Positions 19,721 through 29,997 are shown, counted from the first letter of the stretch. The stretch is DNA of 64,000 nt from Christensenellales bacterium (GCA_036297385.1 JAXJLD010000117.1:22208-86207); one strand, 5' to 3'. Notes: generated from the sequence alone by a model not told the origin. Numbers and translations are program-made.

Positions 19721-20293
19721 ATGCAGATGTTGAAGGAAGCCATCCTTCAAAAGGGAAAAGCAATCAATCAGGATGTGCTGCTTGTCGATTCTTTTTTGAA
19801 CCATCAGGTGGATGTAGAGCTGATGAAGCACGTGGGCGAAGCGTTTGCCGACTATTTTAAGGGGCGTGGAATCTCTCGCGTCATCACCATTGAAAGCTCC
19901 GGCATTGCACCTGCTGCCTTTACGGCGCTGGAATTGGGCGTTCCGCTTGTCATCATGAAGAAGCAGACTTCCCGGATTATGACGGGCGACCTCTTGCAGA
20001 CTACCGTTCGCTCTTTCACAAAAGGAACGAGCTATGAACTAACCATCAAGCGCGAATTCCTCGAGCCGGGCGAGAAGGTGCTGCTGATCGACGACTTTCT
20101 GGCAAGCGGCGAAGCGGCCTTTGGTATGCTTCGCTTGGCCAAAGATGCTGGCGTTGATGTAGCTGGCATAGGCATCGTCATCGAAAAGGCGTTTCAGGCG
20201 GGTCATCAGCGTTTGGTTGAGGCTGGTTTGGATGTATATTCGCTGGCGCGTGTTCAGTCCATGTCGGAAAATCACATTGAATTCGTCGAGTGA
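19721..20293 (+). CDS. xpt: Xanthine phosphoribosyltransferase
   Basis: 190 aa. LKVDSFLNHQVD-type N-terminus and PRPP loop VLLIDDFLASGEA. Confidence 0.92.
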   Translation: MQMLKEAILQKGKAINQDVLLVDSFLNHQVDVELMKHVGEAFADYFKGRGISRVITIESSGIAPAAFTALELGVPLVIMKKQTSRIMTGDLLQTTVRSFTKGTSYELTIKREFLEPGEKVLLIDDFLASGEAAFGMLRLAKDAGVDVAGIGIVIEKAFQAGHQRLVEAGLDVYSLARVQSMSENHIEFVE

Positions 20294-20317
20294 TCTTGTC
20301 CATGAAAATTGAAGGGT

Positions 20318-20353
20318 TGCGGCCGACCGGAGAAGTCGGACGCAGCTTTTTTT
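20318..20353 (+). terminator. Intrinsic terminator after xpt
   Basis: TGCG-CCGAC / GTCGG-CGCA hairpin followed by a T7 run. Confidence 0.7.
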
Positions 20354-20440
20354 GTGCAAGCAGAAATCTCCATGGAAGCGGGTTGGAATCTCGTCGCTTT
20401 GACCAAATCTCTATGAATGGGTGCAAAACGGAAGCAAATG

Positions 20441-20449
20441 TGTTATAAT
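20441..20449 (+). promoter_or_regulatory. Extended -10 element upstream of maf
   Basis: TGtTATAAT. No convincing -35 element. Confidence 0.35.
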
Positions 20450-20484
20450 AAAACCAAATGAAGAAAAATGCGGAGGATGATTCT

Positions 20485-21063
20485 GTGATCTCTCTGAAAT
20501 GCCCACTGATTCTGGCTTCCGGTTCGCCGCGGCGCAAAGAACTCTTGGATACCATGGGGCTTGCATATCGTGTGGATGTCTCAGAAGCAGACGAATCATT
20601 TGATGGCAAGCCGGAGGATGCTGTGCTCGAGCTTTCTCGACGCAAAGCAGAGGCTGTGGCTGGACGAAACCCAGATTCTATTATTTTAGCAGCAGATACG
20701 CTGGTGTACTGCGGAAGGGTGCTGGGGAAGCCTGAGAATGAGCAGGCCGCTGTGCAGATGCTTGGTATGCTGGCGGGAAACTGGCACAGTGTTTACACGG
20801 GCGTGACGCTTCTGGATACGCGCAGCGGACGCACGGTTAGCCGTGCCGAGGTCACGCGCGTACATATGATTGCCCTAGAGCGCGCGGAAATCGAAGCATA
20901 TGTGGCTACGGGCGAGCCGCTTGATAAGGCGGGGGCTTACGGCATTCAGGGACGCGGCGGTATGTTTATCGACCGGATTGAGGGTTCGTATTCCAATGTC
21001 GTGGGCTTGCCGATGACGCTTGTACGCAGTATGCTGCTGGAATGGAACGAGGCGTATCGCTGA
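20485..21063 (+). CDS. maf: Maf-like nucleoside triphosphate pyrophosphatase / septum formation protein
   Basis: LILASGSPRRKELL and AYGIQG motifs. An in-frame GTG at 20485 lies 8 nt after GGAGG; the ORF opens at the ATG at 20458. Confidence 0.9.
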   Translation: MISLKCPLILASGSPRRKELLDTMGLAYRVDVSEADESFDGKPEDAVLELSRRKAEAVAGRNPDSIILAADTLVYCGRVLGKPENEQAAVQMLGMLAGNWHSVYTGVTLLDTRSGRTVSRAEVTRVHMIALERAEIEAYVATGEPLDKAGAYGIQGRGGMFIDRIEGSYSNVVGLPMTLVRSMLLEWNEAYR

Positions 21064-21094
21064 TGAATGGAATAGATTGAGGGGTTTTCAAAAT

Positions 21095-22123
21095 ATGGCA
21101 TTGTTTCAGCTTATGACGCCGGATATTGCAGTTGACGTAGGCACCAACAACACGCGCGTGTATGTGAAGGATAAGGGAATTGTCGTCAACGAGCCGTCCG
21201 TCGTCATCGTTCGGGCCGATCAGCCCAAGAATATTATCGCCGTTGGCGACAGTGCAGAGGAACTGATTGGACGGTCGGCGGGCAATGTGCGCATTGTCCA
21301 TCCGCTGCGCGACGGCGTTATCGTGGATTACGAAATGGCGCAGGTCATGATCCACTATTTTGTGAGCAAGGCGATTGGAACGCGCAGCTTCGTTCGCCCA
21401 CGGATGGTGGTCACATTGCCTGGCGAAGTCAGCAAAGTGGAACGGCGCGCAGTCATTAACGCGATGGAGCGCATCGGCGCACGGCAGATTTTTGTCGTGG
21501 AGCAGGCGTTTGCAGCAGCGCTTGGTACGGGTTTGCCGGTGTATGATCCGCAGGGCAGTTTTGTTGTGGATATTGGCGGAGGTACAACAGAGGTAGCGCT
21601 GGTATCGATGGGCGGTATTGTGCTGTCCCACTCTGTTCGGGTGGCTGGTAACCGGATCGATGAAGCAATTTCCGGTTATCTCAAAAAACAGCACGCGATT
21701 TTGGTGACAGACCGAGTCGCAGAACGCATCAAGTTTGACTTGGTGGATGTTCGCGAGAATGCCAATCTGGAGCAGATGGCTGTTGTTCGTGGCCGCGATA
21801 TTGCAACAGGTATGCCGCTGACGGTGGATGTCAATATGGCGAAGGTCAGCGAAGCCATTCGCGAGCCTCTTGAAGAAATTCTGGCTGCCATCAAATGGGT
21901 GCTGGGCCGAATCCCGCCGGAATTTGCGGTAGATATCCTGCAAAACGGTATTTTCCTGACCGGCGGCTCTGCGGCACTCCCCAATCTGGACGCCATGATT
22001 GCTACAGAATTTGGCGTTCCTGTTTCCGTCGCTAGAGATGCGGGCGAGTGTACCACACTGGGCGCTGGCTATATGGCGGATCATTTTGATATGCTTGGCG
22101 CTACCGGAAAAGAAAACGGTTGA
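21095..22123 (+). CDS. mreB: Rod shape-determining protein MreB
   Basis: DIAVDVGTNNTRVY, EPSVV and DIGGGTTEVA. The ATG at 21095 lies within ORF 21020..22123. Confidence 0.96.
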   Translation: MALFQLMTPDIAVDVGTNNTRVYVKDKGIVVNEPSVVIVRADQPKNIIAVGDSAEELIGRSAGNVRIVHPLRDGVIVDYEMAQVMIHYFVSKAIGTRSFVRPRMVVTLPGEVSKVERRAVINAMERIGARQIFVVEQAFAAALGTGLPVYDPQGSFVVDIGGGTTEVALVSMGGIVLSHSVRVAGNRIDEAISGYLKKQHAILVTDRVAERIKFDLVDVRENANLEQMAVVRGRDIATGMPLTVDVNMAKVSEAIREPLEEILAAIKWVLGRIPPEFAVDILQNGIFLTGGSAALPNLDAMIATEFGVPVSVARDAGECTTLGAGYMADHFDMLGATGKENG

Positions 22124-22149
22124 CTTCCCTTTAAAGGAATGACAGATTC

Positions 22150-23313
22150 ATGAAAAAGAAACATCCTTTCCTATATGTAGTTCTGCGCAGAGCCCTTGTG
22201 GTGGTTTTGCTTTTGATGATGGTGCTCACTGCCTATCATCAGTCTTCCGGACAGCTTGTGTCGCCGGAGGGTATGCTCAATAAAATCATCACGCCCATAC
22301 AGAGTGCTGTATCTAAGGCGCAGCATATGTTTTCGGAATATCTGTATCGTGTGAAGCTGCGCAGCAATATCGAATACGAGTACAATCAGCTCAAGGCACA
22401 AAATGATGAGCTGATTCTCAGAAGTATTCTGTATGAAGAGCTGGAAGAGGAGAATAACCAGCTCCGTGCTCTGTTGGGCGAATATGAATCTCGTGCAGAA
22501 ATGAACCCCGTTCTGGCCCGCGTGATCGCCAGCGAATCGGGCAACTATTTCTCCACCTTTACCATCAACAAGGGCAAGCGCGATGGCATCGACGAGCAGA
22601 TGGCTGTGATTACGTCGGAGGGTCTCGTCGGCTATGTGTATGAAGTGTTTGACTCCACAGCGAAGGTCATCACGATCATCGACGATCAAGCCAGCCTTGC
22701 GGCACTGATTGAGAGCAGCCGTGACCAGGGCGCCATTAAGGGCACGCTGGGCAGTACGGGCGAGCCGCTTTGTCGGATGTATTATCTGTCTGCGGACAGC
22801 GTACCGCGCCCGGGTGATCGCGTCATTACTTCCGGTGTCGGCGTATCCTTCCCCAAGGGTTTGCTGATCGGTTATGTCCGCGAAAGCACGCGTGCCATTG
22901 AGGACAACAAACACTACATTGTGGTTGAGCCTGCCGCAGATTTTGAGCACATTGAGAACGTGCTGGTGTTGCGCTACTATGCCGATGTGGAAGAAATGCC
23001 GGAGAATTACGATAATACGGAGATCATCATTGCCCCGGTTGCGACGGCTAGACCGCAGGCTGTCGTGGAAGAGGATAAGCTGACTGCCTCTACGCCGGTA
23101 CCGCTGCCGGATGCGCCGGGCCGCGTGACGCCGACGCCTGCGCCGGAAGAGGTCGATTTCGTGCTGGACGATGAGGCTCTGGGTGATTTGTCGGATCGAT
23201 TTGTTCAGACAACGCCTTCTCCCACGCCTTCGCCGACCGATCTGCCCATCGTAGATCCGGCCGATGGTGCAGAGATAGCGGATGAGGATGAGTTCCCGAA
23301 AGAGCTGCAATGA
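22150..23313 (+). CDS. mreC: Rod shape-determining protein MreC (with a Pro/Thr-rich C-terminal tail)
   Basis: N-terminal TM segment, a coiled coil (NQLKAQNDEL...ENNQLRALL), and V.T.G..G.FPKGL.IG in the beta domain. It sits between mreB and mreD. Confidence 0.9.
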   Translation: MKKKHPFLYVVLRRALVVVLLLMMVLTAYHQSSGQLVSPEGMLNKIITPIQSAVSKAQHMFSEYLYRVKLRSNIEYEYNQLKAQNDELILRSILYEELEEENNQLRALLGEYESRAEMNPVLARVIASESGNYFSTFTINKGKRDGIDEQMAVITSEGLVGYVYEVFDSTAKVITIIDDQASLAALIESSRDQGAIKGTLGSTGEPLCRMYYLSADSVPRPGDRVITSGVGVSFPKGLLIGYVRESTRAIEDNKHYIVVEPAADFEHIENVLVLRYYADVEEMPENYDNTEIIIAPVATARPQAVVEEDKLTASTPVPLPDAPGRVTPTPAPEEVDFVLDDEALGDLSDRFVQTTPSPTPSPTDLPIVDPADGAEIADEDEFPKELQ

Positions 23314-23359
23314 GGCGGCTTTCAAGCGCGCAATCGGATGACAACGAGGTGAAAGGAAT

Positions 23360-23914
23360 ATGTCCCGATTACTCAAGATGTTTGTACTGGCTATCGCCGC
23401 CTGCGTGTGCCAGACAAACCTTTCTCAGTACATTCGCATTGCCGGCGTTGTGCCGGATATGCTGATCATCTTTCTGGTGGTGCTGACGTCATACACGGGC
23501 GCGTACGGTGGATTTTGCGCAGGTGCGTTCCTCGCCATGCTCTACGATGCGAGCGTCGGCTATGTGCTGGCCATCAATCTGGTGGCGTATACGTTCATTG
23601 GCTGGGCTTCCGGTATGCTTCGCGGTGTGCTGAATACCAAGCTGCGAAAGCTGAAACACAAAAGCGTTCTGGTCATGATGCTGATCTGCTTCTTCTTGAC
23701 GCTGATGCGAGAAGTGCTCTATATCGGCTATCTGTTCCTCATTGGCTCCGAGCAGGGGCTGATGACGTGGGTACGGGCGATGCTGTGCAGCGGATACAGC
23801 GCACTGCTGATCTGGCCGTGCTCGTATCTGGTTGCGCGATTCATGCGCTGGCAACCGAACGTGCGCAGCAGGGGCGGAGACCTGAATGAAGAATCCGACG
23901 GCACAGAGATCTGA
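23360..23914 (+). CDS. mreD: Rod shape-determining protein MreD
   Basis: 184 aa polytopic membrane protein immediately after mreC. Confidence 0.8.
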   Translation: MSRLLKMFVLAIAACVCQTNLSQYIRIAGVVPDMLIIFLVVLTSYTGAYGGFCAGAFLAMLYDASVGYVLAINLVAYTFIGWASGMLRGVLNTKLRKLKHKSVLVMMLICFFLTLMREVLYIGYLFLIGSEQGLMTWVRAMLCSGYSALLIWPCSYLVARFMRWQPNVRSRGGDLNEESDGTEI

Positions 23915-23945
23915 CGGCTAAAGAAAATCGGAGGTTTCGTATTTC

Positions 23946-26486
23946 GTGAAGACGTATCTGAACCGCTATCGGTTTGTGGCGCTTGTCATCGCGCTGCTTT
24001 TCGGCGTGCTGGTGATGCAGCTGTTCAATCTTCAGGTGGTCGATTATGAGGAAAATCTGGAGAAGGCGGAGAGCAAAAAAACCAAGGTGATCACGAGTCA
24101 AGGTTCTCGCGGTACCATCATGGATGTCAACTCCATGACGCTTGCCTACGATAAGCAGATTTACAACGTGCAGTTTTACCGTGATCCCAACTTTGTCTCA
24201 TCAGCCAAGGATGAGGAAGGCAAAACCATTTCATCCAACCAGGTATATACCAATTCCATTATCGATGTGATTGATATCGTGGAGCGCAACGGTGGTACGA
24301 TGAATACGTCTTTCTCTCTCTTACAGGATGAGATGACGGGTATGTGGGTCTTTGCATGGAACAACAATGACTACACGGCTTCTCAGCAGGCAGCAAGAGA
24401 GAAGATGTGGCGAAGCAACTTCTTCGTACAGAACGTGGAACAGCAGGAGTTGTTCGGCAGGCTCTGCACCAAGTATAAGATTCCGGAGGATCTGCCGACA
24501 GAGAAGAAGATTCAAGTGCTGGGCGTATGGGAAACCATGCAGAATAATGCGTTTCTTTCGCAGCCCATCACCATCGCTTCCAATGTAAGCTGGGAAACGG
24601 TCATCGAGATTGAGGCCAAGGCGCTTTCGCTGGAAGGCGTGACGGTTTCCGTAAGCAGCCAGCGCGTGTATCCCAACGGCACGATGGCCTGCCATGTGAT
24701 CGGCTACATCGGCAAGATTCAGAATTACGATACCTATTATGCCAGCTATAAGGACAAGGGCTATGCGCTGTCGGATCTGATTGGTTTGGACGGCGTAGAG
24801 AAAACCATGGAGGACTGGCTGACGCCCTGCACGACGCAGCGCGTGGGCAAGCGCGTGGTAGAGATCGACCGATTCGGCGCGATCAGCCGCACACTTTCAA
24901 CCACAGAAGCCACAGATGGCAATAATATCAAGCTGACCATCGACTCCAACTTGCAGCGCGTGACGGAGGAAGCACTCAAAAACAACATCGAGTACATCCG
25001 AAATGAGCAGGAGAAAAAGCTCAAAGAAGATAGTTGGCTTGATGCGAACAAAAACGAGCTTCAGGGTACTTCGCGCGATTTTGACTCTAGTCCCATTCAG
25101 CTTGCAGAAAAGGGTGCAGTGGTCGTCATTGACATGGAGGGCCGCGTGCTGTCGCTGGCAAGCTATCCGCCATATGACCCCAATGCGTTCATCGTCGGCG
25201 GCGAAGCGGCTGCCAATGTTCTGCTGGATTCCCGCAACCCGTTGGTGAACTACGCCATTGGTTCACGCGATACGCCGGGCTCCATTTTTAAGCTGGTGAC
25301 GGCAACGGCTGGCCTGCTGACAGGACAGCTCACGATGACAGAGGCGATTGATGACGAGGGCGTATTTGATAAATACGACAAGACCAATCCGCCACGCTGC
25401 TGGCTGAATCAAAAGCTGCTTCATAAGCATGCCAACCAAACGGTAAAGGAAGGCATCTCGCACTCCTGCAACTATTTCTTCTATACTGTCGGCTCAAGGC
25501 TTTACGAAAATACGGACGATCAGCTCTATAAGACGGCTGCCCTGTACGGCCTGACAACCAAGACAGGCATTGACTTGCCCGGCGAGCTTCAGGGCTATGT
25601 AGCCAGCCAGACGACGCTGTATGACAAGAACAAGGCGATCAGTGCTTCTCAGCAGGCAACATGGCGTCCTTCGATCGTGTTCAATCAGATTAAACAGCAT
25701 CTGATTACCATCGGCGAAGAATTCAACATGACTTTTGAAGAAGCAAAGCTGGAAAAATGCGTCAAGCGCCTCATGGATATGGCGGTGGATTACAACCAGA
25801 ATGACTGGCTGCCGGAAATCCGTACCATTTTGATGGAAGAGCTGGATATGCCCCGCGAGCTGGTTTACCTCCAGCGCGTGGCAGGCGATATCTTTATCAA
25901 GCTGAACGAAATCAAATGGGGCGGTTCGGAGGCGATCATGGCCGCGGTCGGTCAGTCGATCACCTCCGTCACGCCGGTTGCATTGGCGCGCTATGTGGCT
26001 GCGGTGGCAAACGGCGGCTATGTGTACGATCTGCGCCTGATTGATTCTATCATCTCTCCGGAGGGCGAAGTGCTCAGCCAGAGCACGCCGATTCTCGCCT
26101 CTCAAATTGAGGGGGACAATGTTGAAGAATATCTCGCCTATATCCGCGAGGGCATGGGCGGCGTTACGGAAGGCGACGGTACGGCGGCACGCTTCTTTAA
26201 CGGCGACATCTATAAGACTGTTCGCGATAACATTGCCGCTAAAACGGGTACGGCAGAAAAGACCAAGATTGACTTGGAGAACAACGCGTGGATGATCGCC
26301 TTTGCTCCGTACAATGCGAGCGACCCCAGTGTGAAGCCGGAAATCGCTATCTGCGTGTACATCCCGCATGGATACAGCGGCTCCTATTGCTCGATGACGA
26401 TTCGTGATATCGTTCAGTATCACATGGAACACAGGCTGCTGGACAACGAGGACTTCATGGCGCCGTCCAATTCTTTGGCATACTGA
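23946..26486 (+). CDS. mrdA: Penicillin-binding protein 2 (elongation transpeptidase)
   Basis: GTG start and an N-terminal TM segment. Motifs SxxK (GSIFK), SxN (SCN) and KTGTA. 846 aa, with a long N-terminal pedestal region. Confidence 0.9.
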   Translation: MKTYLNRYRFVALVIALLFGVLVMQLFNLQVVDYEENLEKAESKKTKVITSQGSRGTIMDVNSMTLAYDKQIYNVQFYRDPNFVSSAKDEEGKTISSNQVYTNSIIDVIDIVERNGGTMNTSFSLLQDEMTGMWVFAWNNNDYTASQQAAREKMWRSNFFVQNVEQQELFGRLCTKYKIPEDLPTEKKIQVLGVWETMQNNAFLSQPITIASNVSWETVIEIEAKALSLEGVTVSVSSQRVYPNGTMACHVIGYIGKIQNYDTYYASYKDKGYALSDLIGLDGVEKTMEDWLTPCTTQRVGKRVVEIDRFGAISRTLSTTEATDGNNIKLTIDSNLQRVTEEALKNNIEYIRNEQEKKLKEDSWLDANKNELQGTSRDFDSSPIQLAEKGAVVVIDMEGRVLSLASYPPYDPNAFIVGGEAAANVLLDSRNPLVNYAIGSRDTPGSIFKLVTATAGLLTGQLTMTEAIDDEGVFDKYDKTNPPRCWLNQKLLHKHANQTVKEGISHSCNYFFYTVGSRLYENTDDQLYKTAALYGLTTKTGIDLPGELQGYVASQTTLYDKNKAISASQQATWRPSIVFNQIKQHLITIGEEFNMTFEEAKLEKCVKRLMDMAVDYNQNDWLPEIRTILMEELDMPRELVYLQRVAGDIFIKLNEIKWGGSEAIMAAVGQSITSVTPVALARYVAAVANGGYVYDLRLIDSIISPEGEVLSQSTPILASQIEGDNVEEYLAYIREGMGGVTEGDGTAARFFNGDIYKTVRDNIAAKTGTAEKTKIDLENNAWMIAFAPYNASDPSVKPEIAICVYIPHGYSGSYCSMTIRDIVQYHMEHRLLDNEDFMAPSNSLAY

Positions 26487-26513
26487 CAGCCTGAACGGAG
26501 AGGATAACACACG

Positions 26514-27224
26514 ATGGGTAAAATTTGGGCTGTCTGCTCCGGCAGCGGCGGCGTTGGCAAATCCATGATTGCGCTGTCGCTGGCTGTCGGAGCGGCCAAA
26601 TCCGGTAAGCAGGCAATCCTGCTGGATGCATCTGGAACGGCGCGCGCTTGCGATTTAATCCTTGGGCTTGAAAGCATGGTGGCGCTGGATATGCTGGATG
26701 TCATCCGCAATCAGGTGAGCATGGAGGCCGCGTTATATGAGGTGCCGCAGTATCCACGCCTGCGCTTTGCCTGCGCATCGCTATACGACGATGTAGCCGT
26801 TTCGGAGATCTCCGGCGTACTGCTGGCGCTTCATTCACTGTGTGATGTGCTGGTGATCGATCTGCCCACAGGGCAAGCTGATCTGGGGCGCGGTGTTCTG
26901 CGGCGCGGAGATGAGCGGCTGCTTGTAACCCGGCCGGACGATGCGTCGATCCGGTCGGCAGAGCGCCTGATGATGCGCTGTGCTGGCAGCCCTGCCTCCG
27001 ACAATCTGGTTATCAATCGCATGAAAATGAACAGGCTTGACAAGAAAGCACAGCATCCGCAGTCTGTTGTAGAAAATCTGCTGGATCGGGCGGCGGTTGC
27101 CTGCATCCCTGAGGATCCGAGCATCCCCGCCAGCGAGCGGCGCGGCAAAGCAGCCATTGAGTGCGACGGCCCTGCATGGACAGCTCTGAGCAAGTTGACT
27201 CAGACGCTGCTGGGTGATGCGTAA
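26514..27224 (+). CDS. MinD/ParA-family P-loop ATPase, atypical
   Basis: The Walker A region is SGSGGVGKS, where MinD has SGKGGVGKT. DLP (Walker B-like) and IPEDPS are present. There is no C-terminal amphipathic helix. Confidence 0.75.
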   Translation: MGKIWAVCSGSGGVGKSMIALSLAVGAAKSGKQAILLDASGTARACDLILGLESMVALDMLDVIRNQVSMEAALYEVPQYPRLRFACASLYDDVAVSEISGVLLALHSLCDVLVIDLPTGQADLGRGVLRRGDERLLVTRPDDASIRSAERLMMRCAGSPASDNLVINRMKMNRLDKKAQHPQSVVENLLDRAAVACIPEDPSIPASERRGKAAIECDGPAWTALSKLTQTLLGDA

Positions 27225-27241
27225 CGAAACGAGGAGTGAGT

Positions 27242-28414
27242 ATGCGCAATTCGGACAACAGTCGGCTTTCCAAGCCGCATTTTGACTGGCCGCTTCTGGT
27301 CGCCAGCTATCTGCTGGCACTTTACGGCGTTCTGGCGATCACCATCGCCAACTTTAACCCTAATCTGGGCGCAGACCGTTCGCTTCAGCAGCTGGTCATG
27401 GACGCGAATAACGGCAGGCTTCAGCTCATGTGGGTTGTGGTCAGCATGGTGGCCGTCTCGTTGATGATGACGATCAAGTATGATATCATCGGCCGTCTCT
27501 GGCCAGTGATTTACTTTGTCGATATCGTTCTGCTTGGATTGGTTCTGACTACCTCTAAGATCAACGGCGTGGCGGGCTGGTTTCAGTTTCTTGACCGCAC
27601 CTTCCAGCCGTCGGAGCTGGCCAAGCTGGCGCTGATTATCACGCTTTCCAAGGCGCTGACACGCTATCCAGACAGGCCGATTCCCAATTTTCGCTATTTT
27701 GTCTATATTTGTCTGCACTTCGGCATTCCTGCGCTGTTAATTGCTGCACAGCCTGACATCGGCACGCTGATGGTTTTTTGTGTCATCTTCGTCGCGCTGC
27801 TGTTCCTGTCTGGCTTTGAACTGCGTTGGATGTTCCTGATGGGCGGACTGGCCATTGCTGCGGTCACGCCGGTTATCTTCTATCTGGCCTCGACCAACAA
27901 CTTCCGCTGGCTGCGCCTAGTGGCCTTTATCAACCCGGAGTCCGATCCTACCGGCAGCAGTTATCAGATCATCAATTCCAAGGTGACCATTGGTTCGGGC
28001 GGACTATACGGAAAAGGCGCATGGGCAAAAGGCACGCTAACACACCTGAACTATGTGCCGGAGAACCATACGGACTTTATCTTCTCCGTTGTGGGCGAAA
28101 CACTGGGCTTTGTTGGTTCGCTCGTTCTGCTGGGACTGTATGCCTTCGTCATTTTCCGTATGCTGCTGCTGGCCTATCACACGAAGGATCGTTTCGGCCA
28201 GCTCATCATCATCGGCGTGATGGCGATGCTGCTCTTCCACGTCTATGAGAACATTGGTATGTGCATCGGTGTTATGCCCATTACCGGCATCCCGCTTCCC
28301 TTTATTAGCTATGGCGGCACCAACCTTGTGGTAAACATGGCCGGTATCGGCTTGGTGCTGAACGTGACGGCTTACAAGAGCTCGATTAACTTGCACGAGA
28401 ATCAACGATCGTAG
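27242..28414 (+). CDS. rodA: SEDS-family peptidoglycan polymerase RodA
   Basis: Ten-TM FtsW/RodA/SpoVE pattern: QPSELAKL, PDIGT, HTDFIFSV and PLPFISYGG. The ATG lies 5 nt after GAGGAG. Confidence 0.92.
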   Translation: MRNSDNSRLSKPHFDWPLLVASYLLALYGVLAITIANFNPNLGADRSLQQLVMDANNGRLQLMWVVVSMVAVSLMMTIKYDIIGRLWPVIYFVDIVLLGLVLTTSKINGVAGWFQFLDRTFQPSELAKLALIITLSKALTRYPDRPIPNFRYFVYICLHFGIPALLIAAQPDIGTLMVFCVIFVALLFLSGFELRWMFLMGGLAIAAVTPVIFYLASTNNFRWLRLVAFINPESDPTGSSYQIINSKVTIGSGGLYGKGAWAKGTLTHLNYVPENHTDFIFSVVGETLGFVGSLVLLGLYAFVIFRMLLLAYHTKDRFGQLIIIGVMAMLLFHVYENIGMCIGVMPITGIPLPFISYGGTNLVVNMAGIGLVLNVTAYKSSINLHENQRS

Positions 28415-28478
28415 CGGTGTTCTACGCATACAGCCCTATGCATAGTCTTGAGCAGACAAGGCGAAGGGGGAAGAGCGT

Positions 28479-29117
28479 ATGAATCAGTCAAGTAATCACA
28501 CGGTGGTTACGCAGATGACAACCAGAGAGCGCAGGGCATGGAAGCCCGAAAGCGGGACAAAAAAACTTGTCAAAAAACGGCTGCTAAGAAATACGACGGT
28601 CTTTGCAGCCGTTTCCTTATGTCTCGGCATAGGTGCGCTGATGGCGTATCAAAAGCCACAGGAGGCACAATCCGTCATGAACCATGTGACGGCAGGCTTT
28701 GAGTATGATGATACATTGGGGCGGCTCCAGTTTGTCAGCCATATCTTACCGGAGAGCGCGATGGTGTTCCTTCAAGGCGGGGAGGCGGAAGAGACGCTCT
28801 TTGTACCAACCAGTGCGCAGGTATCACATCGATGGACGGAAGAAGAGCCATGGCTGGAATATGACTGTATTGGAGATGTGCGCGCGTGTCAGGATGGCGA
28901 AATCATGACGGTTGTGAAAAATCGTCAGAACGCCTATACGGTGCGTGTGCTGCATGAAAATGGCTGCGAATCCATTTACAGTGGCCTGCGCGACGTGCAT
29001 ATCCGCGAGCAGGATACTGTTCAGGCAGGTCAGCAGCTCGGCACTGCGGCAGGAACAGCAGCCTTTGAGTGGCGCAAAGACGGGCTGTCCGTGATGCCAG
29101 TCTTTGCTGAAATTTGA
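28479..29117 (+). CDS. spoIVFA: SpoIVFA-like protein (TM anchor plus a degenerate LytM/M23 domain)
   Basis: One TM segment. The C-terminal G.I..V......Y.V.V.H.NG..S.Y..L..V.....D.V..GQ.LG pattern is M23-like, and I did not see the usual Zn-binding His motifs. It sits directly upstream of spoIVFB, as in B. subtilis. Confidence 0.65.
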   Translation: MNQSSNHTVVTQMTTRERRAWKPESGTKKLVKKRLLRNTTVFAAVSLCLGIGALMAYQKPQEAQSVMNHVTAGFEYDDTLGRLQFVSHILPESAMVFLQGGEAEETLFVPTSAQVSHRWTEEEPWLEYDCIGDVRACQDGEIMTVVKNRQNAYTVRVLHENGCESIYSGLRDVHIREQDTVQAGQQLGTAAGTAAFEWRKDGLSVMPVFAEI

Positions 29118-29118
29118 T

Positions 29119-29997
29119 ATGCGTGTCCGATTTCATCCCTGCTTGGCGCTGTATCTGGCCAGTATGGCGTTATTTTCATCATGGAGGTCGGTATTTTGCG
29201 CAGCTTTTGCACTCCTTGTACATGAAGCAGGCCATGCTGCAGCTGGACTGCTCTTCAAAGAGCCTATTGCAGAAATTGAGCTGACACCCTTCGGCGGCGT
29301 GATGACCTATGCGCCAGGGGCAATCCCAAGCAAGGGACTGCGTGGCGCATTCCTGTCCGCAGCGGGGCCGTTGGGTAACGAACTGGGGATGTTGGGCGCT
29401 GCTGCCGCACATCGTTTGTTGGGCATGGAATGGACGCAAAACCTGATACTGGCAAACCTGACGATGCTGCTGCTCAATCTTCTGCCCGTATTGCCGCTCG
29501 ACGGCGGGAGCATTGTATTCAGCATCGGTTACTATTTTTTCCATGCCGCCAAGTTAATCCGCTTTCTTTCTGTTTGTGGCGTGGCAGCCGGATTGGGGCT
29601 TTGGCTGTTGGCGTTCTATGGACTGGCGAAGCTAGGCATAATCAACTGCTCGCTTCTGATCATCGGAGGATACATGATGATCTGTGCTGTGAAGAGCCGC
29701 AACATGATGCTGGCGCAAAACGTGTATGCCGTCGTGCAGGAACGGCAGGCAGAAATGCCGGAGGGCGTGCGCAGGATACAGCCCTTTAGCGTAGCGCCGG
29801 AAACGCGTGTACAGGCGCTCCTTGCGCCCATGGCACGCGTACCCTGCGCGGCGTTTGTCATCAAAGCCGCCGGAGAAACGCATATCCTGAGCGAACAGGA
29901 GGTCTGCCGAATGCTGCTCGCGCATCCATCACTCACGATCGAAGAGGCAATTGCCATTGAGCATGAAAAACCGGAGAAAATCCTGCTTTATCCTTGA
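29119..29997 (+). CDS. spoIVFB: SpoIVFB-like M50 site-2 metalloprotease
   Basis: HEAGHAAAG (HExxH) in a TM helix, NLLPVLPLDGG, and a CBS-like C-terminus. The ATG lies 1 nt after the spoIVFA stop; the ORF opens at a TTG at 29104. Confidence 0.85.
   Translation: MRVRFHPCLALYLASMALFSSWRSVFCAAFALLVHEAGHAAAGLLFKEPIAEIELTPFGGVMTYAPGAIPSKGLRGAFLSAAGPLGNELGMLGAAAAHRLLGMEWTQNLILANLTMLLLNLLPVLPLDGGSIVFSIGYYFFHAAKLIRFLSVCGVAAGLGLWLLAFYGLAKLGIINCSLLIIGGYMMICAVKSRNMMLAQNVYAVVQERQAEMPEGVRRIQPFSVAPETRVQALLAPMARVPCAAFVIKAAGETHILSEQEVCRMLLAHPSLTIEEAIAIEHEKPEKILLYP

Noticed and set aside
23407-23889. A 160-codon ORF in an alternative frame inside mreD.
   Set aside because: The mreD frame encodes a coherent polytopic membrane protein in the expected operon position. 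The alternative frame is Arg/Ala/His-rich with no start signals.
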